Of a DNA stretch of 16,790 bases, positions 7,501 through 16,790 are shown one piece after another (the first letter of the stretch is position 1; each line of letters starts with the position of its first letter). Under the pieces are notes generated by a model, which saw only the letters and a program-made list of their open reading frames with translations, searched no databases and was not told the DNA's origin. The stretch is from Fonticula alba ATCC 38817 (lineage: Eukaryota > Protista > Nucleariida), in assembly GCA_000388065.2 (NCBI GenBank), contig KB932212.1; one strand, written 5' to 3'. The position numbers and the translations under genes were made by a program.

Positions 7501-10500
7501 AGATGTCAGCCGGTGGGAGTGCCGAGGCGGCTGCAGTGGCGATGGCACCATCGGCGCCGGCCGGGAAAGTGTCGCCCTGCTGGGCCGGGAGGGCCGCCGG
7601 AGTGGGTGCGACATCGAAGGCAAAGTCCCCGAAGGAGTCGCCGGCCGGGGCCAAGTCGACCACTGGGACGGCATCGAGGGCATCATCCGCCGGGGGCTTG
7701 GCAGTCGGGGCCTCGGCCAGGGCAGCCTCGAAGGAAGGATCCCCCAGAGGGCCGGCCGTGGGGGCTGGCTCGAGGGCGGTGGTCCCGGCCGGCGGCCCAG
7801 CGGCAAGGGCCAGGACGTCCAAGGACCCGGCCGCCGGCGCGGGCTCGGCCGCCGGAGCAGCATCCAGGGACAAGCCCCCGGGAGAGACCCCCGCCGGGGT
7901 GGTGCTGTCGGCAGCCGGGGCCGCGCCGAACAAAAAGTCGTCAAAGGCATCGCCGGCCGGGGTCAGAGCCGCGGCCGGGCCGGCATCGACACCGAAGTCG
8001 CCGAAGGAGTCGGCCGGCGGGCCCGGAGCCGGGATCCCGGACGGGCTGCCATCGAGGGCAAAGTCGCCGAAGGAGCCGGCAGCGGCCGGCGTGGCGGCCA
8101 CAGGGGCCGGGGCAGCCTCGAAGGCAAAGTCCCCGAAAGCGTCAGCCTGGCCGGTCGGCCCCGGCGCCGGGGCACTGTCAAAGCCGAAGTCCCCGAAGGC
8201 ATCGGTCTGCTCGACCGGCAGGGGCGCAGCCTCGGGGGCAAAGCCACCGAAGGGGTCCACGGTGGCCGGCCCGACCGCCGGGCCGGCCTCGAGAGCCAGG
8301 CCATCGAGAGCCCCGGCCAGGGCGCCCTCCTCGGAGAGGGCCTGGTCCAGGGCCTCGGAGGAGGCCGACGGCGAGAAGGACGTCTCGAAGATGAAGTCGT
8401 AGTTCGGGGCCGCGACGGCCACCGGGGCCGCCGGCGTGGCCGGCACAGCGGCCGGCTTGGCCGCCGCCGGGCTGCGCGCGGCCGGACTGGCCGGGGCAAT
8501 CTGGGAGAATGACACCGGCGGGCTCATCAGCAGCTCCGTGAAGGAGTCCACCGGCCGGGTGGGAGCCGGGGCCGGGGCCGGGGCCGGGGCCGGGGCCGAG
8601 TCAGAGCTGCCCGAGGCAATGGGGGAGACTGGCGCACTGAAGCCTTCGAAAGCCGAGGCCGCCGCAGGGCCGGGGGCGGTCACGTCGGGAGGGGCGTCGA
8701 GCGCCGGCGAGGTGCCAAACTCCCCGAACCCCGGGTAATCGTCGCCCGGGGCCGAGGCAGCGGTTGCACCTGAAGCCGGGGCCGGGGCCGAGGCAGGGAA
8801 GGCCTGATCGCCAAAGTCCCCGCCAAAGTCCCCGAAGTCCCCCGCCGGGGGGGCCCCCCCAGCGGCGGGGACAGATCGCGGCCCGAAGTCCCCGAAGTCG
8901 CCGAAGTCCCCGAAGTCGGCAGGCGCGGCCACCGGTGCAGGCTGGCCAGCGGGGGCAGCACCGAAATCCCCGAAATCATCGAAGCTCTGCCCGGGCGGAG
9001 CTGCGCCGGCCGGAGGGCCGACCTCGGCCGGGGGCTCGGCCGGGGGCTCGGCCGGGGGCTCGGCCGGGGGCTCGGCCAAGGGCTCAGCCGGGCCGGTGTC
9101 CACCGCGAAGAGGTCCTCGCTGATGGCCGACCAGTCGGCCGGAGCGGCCACCACCGGGGCAGGCCCCGGGGCGGAGGTCGGGCCGGGGGCCCGGGAGGCC
9201 GGGGGGACGGCCCGACCCGGGCTACTGGCCGGCGTGCTGCCGAGGTTGGCACTCAGCCGGGCGAGCATCTGGTCCATGTCGACCGCGGGCAGGGCTTGCA
9301 GTGAGGACACCGAAGCCTGCGAGGCCGGGGCCTGTGACGGGGGCAGGGGCACGGTCGACCGGCGCAGTTGGTGCCACGTTTGCGGGTTGGCCATGCTGGG
9401 GGCCGGCTGCGGGGGGGCCGGCTGCGGGGGGGCCGGGGAGGCAGCAAAGGCGCCGAAGTCCCCGAACCCGCCGGCAGCCGGGGCGCTGGCCGGCGCCGAG
9501 GCCCCGAAGTCCCCGAAGTCACTGGCGACCGGGGCCGATGTGGCGAAGGCCCCGAACCCGCCGGCGGCCGGGGCACCGAAGTCCCCGAAGTCCGGCTGCG
9601 CGCCGGCCGACACCGGAGCAGGCCCGGCAGAAGCCGCCGGGCCGGAGGCCGGCAGGCCGTCGAAGCCGCCGAAGCCGCCGAAGCCCGGCTGCCCGGAGAC
9701 CGAGGCAAAGGCCGCCGACGCGTCGGCCGCCGAGATGGCCGCCTGCGGCTGCCACGCCGTGAACGGGGCCCCCAGGACCCCGGACGCTGGCGGCGCGGCG
9801 CCACCACTGCCGTCGCCGCCGGAGGCGTCATCCTCGTCGCCGAAGGAAATGTCGTAGTTGGCCACGGCGGTCGGGGCCATTGCCGGGGGCAGGGCACCGC
9901 TCGAGGAGCCGACCTCGCGCTTGCCGAGGGGCAGGCCGACCTGGCTGCGCTCTTGCCGGGCCTTCTCAAAGAGGTCTGCGTAGGTGGGGCGCAAGGCGGG
10001 CGGGCGGGCGGGCGGGCGGGCGGGAGGCAGCCGAGGGGGGGGGGGACAAGGCAAGGGGAGGGCGCGCACACGTGGACGTGAGTAAGCGAGCAGGGGGCGG
10101 GGCGGGGGGCGGGGCCCGGCCCGGCGAGGGAGGGGGCAGTCCATGTCGGACGGGCAAGGGCGCACCCTTCTTGCCGAAGAGGTTGTCCAGGGGGTTGCTC
10201 GATGGCCGGATGGAGAATTGGCTGCCCTTCGGGGCCGGGGCCACAGGAGCAGCGCCCGGCTGGGGGACCGCCCAGCCGCCCTGCGCGTGAGGCGCGCCCA
10301 TGAACTGCTGCGGGTGCTGCTGCGGGTAGTAGTGCTGCGCCGGAGGCTGGGCGGGGTACTGTTGGCCCGGCGGGTGCGGGTGCGGGTGCGGGCGCGGGTG
10401 CGGGTGCGGGTGCTGCTGCGGGTGCGCGTAATACGGCTGCTGTGGCGGGGGCTGGTGCTGCTGGCCGCCGGGTGGCGCCGGGGCCGACGCCCAGGCGAAG

Positions 10501-10520
10501 TTGGAATCGCCGAAGTTCAT
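4563..10520 (-). CDS. Large low-complexity clathrin adaptor (AP-1 gamma-ear-binding) accessory protein, gamma-synergin-like; 3 exons (10520-10166, 9975-5863, 5733-4563 after removing artefacts), ~1750 aa
   Basis: Exon 1 is Q/P/H/Y-rich and ends LDNLFGKK. Intron 10165-9976 is GTGCGC..CAG, phase 1. Exon 2 has about 19 exact FGDF plus FGGF/FGEF/FADF/FDDF variants and DWADF. A GTATGC donor at 5862 precedes the ORF stop and splices in frame (TAG at 5736-5734, or TAG at 5817-5815) to a helical C-terminal region ending CHLC..HLEC. The family call rests on motif architecture only; no EH domain was seen. Confidence 0.6.
5056..5360. repeat. False 143-bp direct duplication (5056-5198 = 5218-5360) flanking an adapter; assembly artefact
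   Basis: Two identical copies separated by 19 nt of Illumina adapter. Confidence 0.93.
5199..5217 (+). other. Illumina TruSeq adapter fragment ACGTGTGCTCTTCCGATCT
   Basis: Exact 19-nt match to the 3' end of the read-2 primer sequence GTGACTGGAGTTCAGACGTGTGCTCTTCCGATCT; it translates as DRKSTR on the minus strand. Confidence 0.97.
5402..5817. repeat. False 192-bp direct duplication (5402-5593 = 5626-5817) flanking an adapter; assembly artefact
   Basis: Two identical copies separated by 32 nt of adapter-like sequence. Confidence 0.93.
5594..5625 (+). other. Illumina TruSeq universal adapter read-through fragment
   Basis: AGATCGAAGGAGGGTCGTGTAGGGAAAGAGTG versus AGATCGGAAGAGCGTCGTGTAGGGAAAGAGTG: 29/32 identity, with the last 19 nt exact. 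Confidence 0.96.
6945..7345 (-). repeat. Coding tandem repeat: six units of SF(G/A)(D/G)F(E/G)(F/L)D(A/M)(T/A)P... within the adaptor-binding protein
   Basis: Units of about 57-96 nt share long near-identical DNA blocks (e.g. GGCATCAAACTCGAA, GGCGGCGTCCTGGGC on the plus strand). Confidence 0.85.
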
Positions 10521-11363
10521 CCTCGTCGTCGGGGTCGGCGAGCCGGCGGGGCAGGATGTGTGAAGAGGAGCAGGCGGCCAGGCGGGAGGGGGGGTGGGGG
10601 GGGGGGGCGGGGAGGGGGGACAGAGGTGTGCGAGGTGGGGCGGGCGCGGGCGTGTGTGTGTGTGTGTGTGTCGGAGGAGGGGCAGGGTGCTGACTGGCGC
10701 GGAGGCCCGGCGTGTGACCGGGGCGCTCAGTCAAGAAGACTCAGCTGCCGATCTACCCCTTCCCCCCGCGTCAGGGCCCGGCCGCCCCCCGCCCCTCCGG
10801 GCCCCAGGGGGCCTTGCGGAGTGCCTGCCCCCCCCGCCCCCCGCCCCCGCCCGACGCCCAGGTCCTCGGGCCCGGGGACGGCGGATCGCCGCAGGCCAAG
10901 CAGGACCGGGGGGGAACTGTCACAAGGGCTGGCGGGCCGGCTGGGCGGACAAGCACGCCAGGGCATGGTGGGCGTCCGCGCGCCGGGCCGGAGCGCCGGA
11001 GCGCCGGCCCTCCACGCGCAAGCAGGGGCGCCATGGCTCCCCCCGCCCCCCGCCCCGGGCGGCCGGGAATGCCGGAGAGCATCGGCAGCGCCCCCCTCCC
11101 GGGGCCGGGGGAACGTGCTCCGGCAGATGCCAACCCTTCGGGCCGGCGATCTTCAGCCGCGCATGGACCCGGCTGCTGGCCGGCGCGGCGCCCGGGGGCA
11201 TGCGCGCGTGCGGGCGCGGGGGGAGGGGCGCCTGCGTGTGGCTGGGCGCGCACCGGAGGGCCAGGCAATCGCGCGGCGCAAGATCTCCGACCGGGGGGAG
11301 GGCTATTTCGTCCGGCACCGCCGGGCCGCCGCCAACACCACCGCAGCAGATCATCTCCCCCCC

Positions 11364-11994
11364 NNNNNNNNNNNNNNNNNNNNNNNNNNNNNNNNNNNNN
11401 NNNNNNNNNNNNNNNNNNNNNNNNNNNNNNNNNNNNNNNNNNNNNNNNNNNNNNNNNNNNNNNNNNNNNNNNNNNNNNNNNNNNNNNNNNNNNNNNNNNN
11501 NNNNNNNNNNNNNNNNNNNNNNNNNNNNNNNNNNNNNNNNNNNNNNNNNNNNNNNNNNNNNNNNNNNNNNNNNNNNNNNNNNNNNNNNNNNNNNNNNNNN
11601 NNNNNNNNNNNNNNNNNNNNNNNNNNNNNNNNNNNNNNNNNNNNNNNNNNNNNNNNNNNNNNNNNNNNNNNNNNNNNNNNNNNNNNNNNNNNNNNNNNNN
11701 NNNNNNNNNNNNNNNNNNNNNNNNNNNNNNNNNNNNNNNNNNNNNNNNNNNNNNNNNNNNNNNNNNNNNNNNNNNNNNNNNNNNNNNNNNNNNNNNNNNN
11801 NNNNNNNNNNNNNNNNNNNNNNNNNNNNNNNNNNNNNNNNNNNNNNNNNNNNNNNNNNNNNNNNNNNNNNNNNNNNNNNNNNNNNNNNNNNNNNNNNNNN
11901 NNNNNNNNNNNNNNNNNNNNNNNNNNNNNNNNNNNNNNNNNNNNNNNNNNNNNNNNNNNNNNNNNNNNNNNNNNNNNNNNNNNNNNNNNNNNNN
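11364..11994. other. Assembly gap (631 N)
   Basis: Run of N flanked by poly-C on both sides. Confidence 1.
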
Positions 11995-12037
11995 CCCCCC
12001 CTCACACCGCCCCCCGTCCCATTGAACCTGCCTGTCG

Positions 12038-14292
12038 ATGAGCGCCCTCCGTGTCCGCTTCGCACCCAGCCCGACGGGCTCCCTGCACCTGGGGGGCCTG
12101 CGCACGGCCCTATTCAACTTCCTGTCGGCGGAGAAGAGCCGCCGGGCGTCGGCCGGCTCGCCGGGCGCCGCGCTGCCGCCCTCCTTCATCCTGCGCATCG
12201 AGGACACCGACCGGACGCGCTTCGTCCCCGGGGCCGGGGAGCAGCTGGCCCGGTCGCTGTGCTGGTCGGGACTCGTGCCGACCGAGGGCCCGGGGGAGTT
12301 GCTGGTGGCGGCGCGCGAGGCCGCGCGCCAGGCGGCGTCCAGCGCACCGCTGGCGCCGGAAACAGCGGCGCCCCACTGGCCGGCCGAGCCGTGCGGCCCC
12401 TACCACCAGTCCCTGCGCACCGGGCTCTACCGGGAGCATGTGGACCGGCTGCTGGAGTCCGGCCATGCGTACCGGTGCTTCTGCACGCCGGAGCGCCTGG
12501 ACCAGATGCGCGCCTGGGCCCAGGCGGCCGCCGCCAAGCAGGGCTCCTCCCAGGCCGGGCTTTCGTACGACCGGCACTGCCTGTCCCTGTCGCCGGAGGA
12601 GTCCCGGCGTCGGGCGCAGGCCGGCGAGGCGCACACCGTGCGCCTGGCGGTGCGTGCTTTTCCTCCTCGCTCGCTGCCACCCCATTCGGACGCTTCCGCG
12701 CGCGCGCGCGCACCCGACTGACCGGGGTGTGCCCGACCGGCTATGACCCCCCGGCCCCGCTTCCCCTCCTGGCGCAGGTCCCCCCGGGTAAGACAGTCAT
12801 CAACGACCTGGTGTATGGGCGCATCGAGATCGACCATGCCCAGGTCGACGACCAGATCCTCCTGAAGAGCGACGCCTACCCCACGTATCACCTGGCCAAT
12901 GTGGTGGACGACCACCACATGGGCATCACGCATGTCCTGCGCGGCGAGGTACGGCCAGTCCCCTCGGGCCCTGCGCGGACCAGCCTCGCGGCCTGTCCAC
13001 CGGATGCTGACCGTCGGCCGCCGGGCCCGGCTCGTCTGCCGGGCCCCCGCCACACACACACACACGCACGCAGGAATGGCTCTCCTCCACGCCGAAGCAC
13101 ATCCTCCTGTACCACGCCTTCGGGTGGACCCCCCCGCGCTTCGCGCATCTCCCGCTGCTGCTGGACGAGCACCGGGCCAAGCTGTCCAAGCGCCACGCCG
13201 CTGGCAATGTGGCCGCCCTGGAGGCCAACTACCTGCCGGAGGCGGTGGTCAACTTCGTGGCCATGCTCGGCTGGACTCCCCCCCGCAGCGACGCCGACCC
13301 GGAGCAGCACACCCGGGAGGTGTTCTCCCTGGAGGAGCTGGTGCAGATCGTACGTCCAGGCCTGCCCCCATCGCGCGCCCATGCGCGCACCCTGCAGCAG
13401 CGCCTGCCTTCGGACAGGCACTGACTCCCCCCCCCCCCCCCCCGATGGGGCACCGCCATGGCACAGTTCGATGTGCGTGACATCAACCGCGGCTCGGCGG
13501 TCGTGTCGGTGGAGAAGCTCAACTGGTTCAACCGCCAGCACATCCTCCGGCTGGCGGCCACGCCGGAGGGGCTCCGGCGCCTGGCCGACATCGTGCTCGA
13601 CCATCTGGCCGGGGCGGCGCTCGATGGCCCGGCCGATGCGGCCGCCACCACCGCCGAGCACTGGACCCGCCCCATCCCCGAGGCCCCGGGGGCCGCCGTC
13701 GACCGGGAGTATGTCCTCCGCGTGGTGGCGGCCATCGTCACCGACCGCATCGCCCTCCTTGGAGATGTGTCCTCCACGTATCGGTACTTCTTCCGCGAGG
13801 CGTCGCCCGAGCAGGTGGCCGCCATCCGGGCGACCCTGGCCCCGGCCGTGGCCGGTACGTGCCCCGCTCCCCTCGGCCCTGACCTCGCTTCGCCGCCCGC
13901 CTCTTTTTTTTTTTTTGCTGTTGTTGTTGTTTGCCTGCCACACCATGCCCGGGGGCCGGCCTTTGACACCCATTCCGCTCTTTCTTCTTCTCCTTTTTGC
14001 TCCCCCGCCCCCGGCCCGGGGGGGCTGCCCAGCCACCATCCGCCACGCCGTCCTCCCGGAGCTGGCCCGGCTGCCGGACTTCGCCGACGAGAAGGCCCTG
14101 TCCGCGTGCCTGAAGGCCCGGCTGCCGGCCGACGATCCCCGGCTGCCGGCCGGCGCCGGGCCCCTCAAGCAGAAGGACCTCCTGCAGGGCCTGCGCAGCC
14201 TGCTCACCGGGTCGCCAGCCGGCGCGCCCATCGCCACGGTCATGGCCGTCCTCGGGAAGCAGGTCGCCGAGCGGCGCCTCGCCGAGTGCTAG
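12038..14292 (+). CDS. EARS2: Glutamyl-tRNA synthetase, mitochondrial/bacterial type; 5 exons (12038-12649, 12778-12948, 13074-13349, 13467-13854, 14033-14292), 568 aa
   Basis: [20 protein letters not shown] (HIGH-type motif), [65 protein letters not shown] (KMSKS-type motif), KLNWFN, and a C-terminal LRSLLTG..GAPI anticodon domain. All four introns are GT-AG and phase-compatible; total 1707 nt. Confidence 0.96.
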
Positions 14293-14352
14293 ACCGTTGG
14301 CACCTGCCCCACCAATAGAGTCCCGCCCATGGGCGGGCGGGTGTCGATCCCG

Positions 14353-14956
14353 NNNNNNNNNNNNNNNNNNNNNNNNNNNNNNNNNNNNNNNNNNNNNNNN
14401 NNNNNNNNNNNNNNNNNNNNNNNNNNNNNNNNNNNNNNNNNNNNNNNNNNNNNNNNNNNNNNNNNNNNNNNNNNNNNNNNNNNNNNNNNNNNNNNNNNNN
14501 NNNNNNNNNNNNNNNNNNNNNNNNNNNNNNNNNNNNNNNNNNNNNNNNNNNNNNNNNNNNNNNNNNNNNNNNNNNNNNNNNNNNNNNNNNNNNNNNNNNN
14601 NNNNNNNNNNNNNNNNNNNNNNNNNNNNNNNNNNNNNNNNNNNNNNNNNNNNNNNNNNNNNNNNNNNNNNNNNNNNNNNNNNNNNNNNNNNNNNNNNNNN
14701 NNNNNNNNNNNNNNNNNNNNNNNNNNNNNNNNNNNNNNNNNNNNNNNNNNNNNNNNNNNNNNNNNNNNNNNNNNNNNNNNNNNNNNNNNNNNNNNNNNNN
14801 NNNNNNNNNNNNNNNNNNNNNNNNNNNNNNNNNNNNNNNNNNNNNNNNNNNNNNNNNNNNNNNNNNNNNNNNNNNNNNNNNNNNNNNNNNNNNNNNNNNN
14901 NNNNNNNNNNNNNNNNNNNNNNNNNNNNNNNNNNNNNNNNNNNNNNNNNNNNNNNN
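14353..14956. other. Assembly gap (604 N)
   Basis: Run of N between the GluRS 3' end and the GNAT gene 5' end. Confidence 1.
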
Positions 14957-15070
14957 CCCGCCCCCTCGCACATTTCAACACCCTGCCGTACCGCCATTCG
15001 CCGGCGCCGCGTTTCTCCCTCGCCGCCACCCGCCCCAACCTTCGCCCCGCATCCTTTCATACCACCAGAC

Positions 15071-15836
15071 ATGACCGCCCTCGAGGATCCCGTCTTCGCG
15101 CTGGACCCGGCGTATGTGGCCCACCTGCGCGCCGAGCGGGGCCTGGAGCTCCGGTTCATTGAGGACGACGATTTTGAGGGTGCGTGCTCGGGCCGGATGC
15201 CGCCCGTGTGAGGGCCCTGCCGCCGGTTGCTGACACTCGCTCCGCGCCGCCCGCCTCTCCGGGACGCACCGCCGGCGGGCCCGTGCGCGCCCCGGAGGAC
15301 AGGCTACCTGCACCTCCTCGGCCAGCTGACCACGGTGACGCCCCTGACGAGGGAGGCCTTTTCGCGTGCGTCCTGACATCCCGATGCGCCGGCCCAGGCC
15401 CAGGCCCGTGCGGGCCCCGCACCGGCAGTTGCTGACCGCCGGCCTCGCCCCCTTATACCTGCGCAAAGTCATCCTCCGCCGCCAGCGCACACAGCAGTCC
15501 TCCTGCACGCTAGTCCTGCTGGCCGACGGCCGGCTGGTGGCCACGGCCAAGGTGGTGATCGAGGACAAGCTGTCGCGTGGCGGCAGCCGCGTGGCCCGGC
15601 TCGAGGATGTGGTGGTCTGCGCGGCCAGCCGCAAGGGCGGCTTCGGCCGGCTGGTGGTCGAGGAGGCCTTCCGCGTGGCCGCGCGCGCCGGCGCCTGGCG
15701 CGTGAACTTCGCCGCGCGCGCCGAGGCGGTCACCTTCTACGAGCACATCGCCGACGGCCGAATCACCCGGGCCAAAGACCAAATGTATGAGCTGGTGCTG
15801 GGCAGCTGGCTCCAGGCCGGGGCCGGCCCCCAGTAG
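15071..15836 (+). CDS. GNA1: GNAT acetyltransferase, glucosamine-6-phosphate N-acetyltransferase-like; 3 exons (15071-15179, 15303-15365, 15469-15836), 179 aa
   Basis: LRFIEDDDFEGYLHLLGQLTTV, LVATAKVVIEDKLSRGGSRVARLEDVVV, RKGGFG (motif A) and VTFYE are the GNA1 signature blocks. Donors GTGCGT at 15180 and 15366; acceptors CAG (15300-15302) and AAG (15466-15468); total 540 nt, in frame. Confidence 0.8.
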
Positions 15837-16224
15837 GGCGGCCGCCGGGCGGCACCCGGCTCGGCCCGGCGGCCAGGGGGTGCGCTCGCCCCATCCCCCG
15901 GCCCCCTCCCCCCCTCCTCCTCCTCCTGCTGGGGCCCATGCCCGGGGGAGAATACACCACCATCTCCCCTCCTCCTCCTCTTCTTCTCTGCCGCCCCCCT
16001 CGGGCCGAGCACAGCCAAGGCACCAGCGCACAGGGGAGGGCCGGGCGTCGGGAGCCGGGCACCGCAGGGGCCGGGCGAGGGCCAGGAGCAGGGGCCCCGG
16101 CGCAGCAAGTCCGGCGCGCGACTTGGCCCACACCGGGGCGCGGCGCGCCAATCACGAGGCGCCGCCGCCGGGGCCGCGCTTAATTGCGGGTGCTGCCCCG
16201 GGGCCGACGCGCCGGCGTCCGCTG

Positions 16225-16249
16225 TCACTTGGCCCACAATCGCCCCCCC
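16225..16249 (+). promoter_or_regulatory. Candidate cis-element TCACTTGGCCCACAATCGCCCCCCC (copy 2), about 240 nt upstream of ATG 16486
   Basis: 24/25 identity to 4121-4145. Partial copies nearby at 16121-16132 (ACTTGGCCCACA) and 16329-16338 (CACAATCCCC); CCAAT at about 16148. Confidence 0.5.
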
Positions 16250-16485
16250 CCCCGCCCCCCGGTGCCTGGTCGATCGAAGGGCGACCGCCGCGCCCTGGGA
16301 CGGGGGGGAGGGTGCAGCCCCATAGCCGCACAATCCCCGCCCCCTGCTGACGCCTTTCGCCTGAGCTCCGCTGCTCGCCCGCTCCCGCGCAAGTTCCCCG
16401 CCCTTCCGACTCCGGCGCCCCTCACCTTCGACTCCTGCCCGGCCGCGCTCCCCCCTCCCGCGCACTCCCGCCACCGGCTGCCAGC

Positions 16486-16708
16486 ATGACGCGCCCCGAG
16501 CACCTGCCCGAGGATCTGACCCTCGTGGCCCTCGGCCAGAAGGCCGACGGGATGAACGCCGCCCTGGCGGACGATCTGCCAGTGGCCTTCGCCCCGGACG
16601 ACCTGGATGCCCTCCTGGCGGATGTGCTGAGCCGGACATCGGTGGCCCTTCCGCAGGACCTCCGCCGCTCGCTGGTCCTACGCATGGCCACCACGGCGGA
16701 CCTCGAAT
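16486..16708 (+). CDS. First exon of a hypothetical protein (continues beyond the window)
   Basis: ATG 16486, strong C/G third-position bias, MTRPEHLPEDLTLVALGQKAD...LRRSLVLRMATTADLE. GTGCGC donor at 16709 (phase 1) and a CTGAC branch candidate near 16772. Confidence 0.75.
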
Positions 16709-16790
16709 GTGCGCTCTGCAGCTCCCCCTGCCACTTGTGCCGCCCGTGACCAGACCCCCAGCGACTGTGCTCTGACTTCGGGCTCTCCCC

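Noticed and set aside
5742-8512. 886-aa and 845-aa plus-strand ORFs with repeated KSPK motifs
   Set aside because: They are the reverse complement of the FGDF-coding strand (TTC GGC GAC TTC gives KSPK); the minus frame has the splice signals.
12038-14292. GluRS as a recent bacterial horizontal transfer or contaminant
   Set aside because: It has four spliceosomal introns of host style and host-like low-complexity inserts; organellar GluRS is normally bacterial-type. Discriminating versus non-discriminating status could not be judged by eye.
10143-15211. ORFs spanning poly-X in the ORF track
   Set aside because: They are artefacts of translating through N gaps.
1-16790. A functional gene cluster, RNA gene or mobile element
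   Set aside because: The genes have unrelated functions (nuclear fusion, trafficking, translation, amino-sugar metabolism). No tRNA/rRNA fold, transposase, reverse transcriptase or terminal repeats were recognised.

Overview
Very GC-rich eukaryotic scaffold segment with short spliceosomal introns (donors GTGCGT/GTACGT/GTATGC, branch CTGAC/CTAAC, acceptors mostly CAG). The style suggests a Fonticula-like amoeboid opisthokont; this is inference, not proven. Six protein-coding genes can be reconstructed by hand. (1) Last exon of a small Cys-containing membrane protein (+, 107-275). (2) A two-exon GEX1/KAR5/Brambleberry-family nuclear-envelope fusion protein (-, 3511-667). (3) A ~1750-aa clathrin-adaptor accessory protein with ~19 FGDF motifs, gamma-synergin-like (-, 10520-4563). 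(4) A five-exon mitochondrial/bacterial-type glutamyl-tRNA synthetase (+, 12038-14292). (5) A three-exon divergent GNA1-like GNAT acetyltransferase (+, 15071-15836). (6) First exon of an unknown gene (+, 16486-16708). The assembly contains two Illumina TruSeq adapter fragments, each between false direct duplications (5056-5817) inside gene 3, plus two N gaps. Main leads: the karyogamy-gene homologue with unusual additions, a 25-bp element shared by two promoter regions 12 kb apart, AG-free introns with distant branch points and CA-rich 3' ends, and the FGDF motif array. Most long ORFs in the supplied track are antisense or off-frame shadows.
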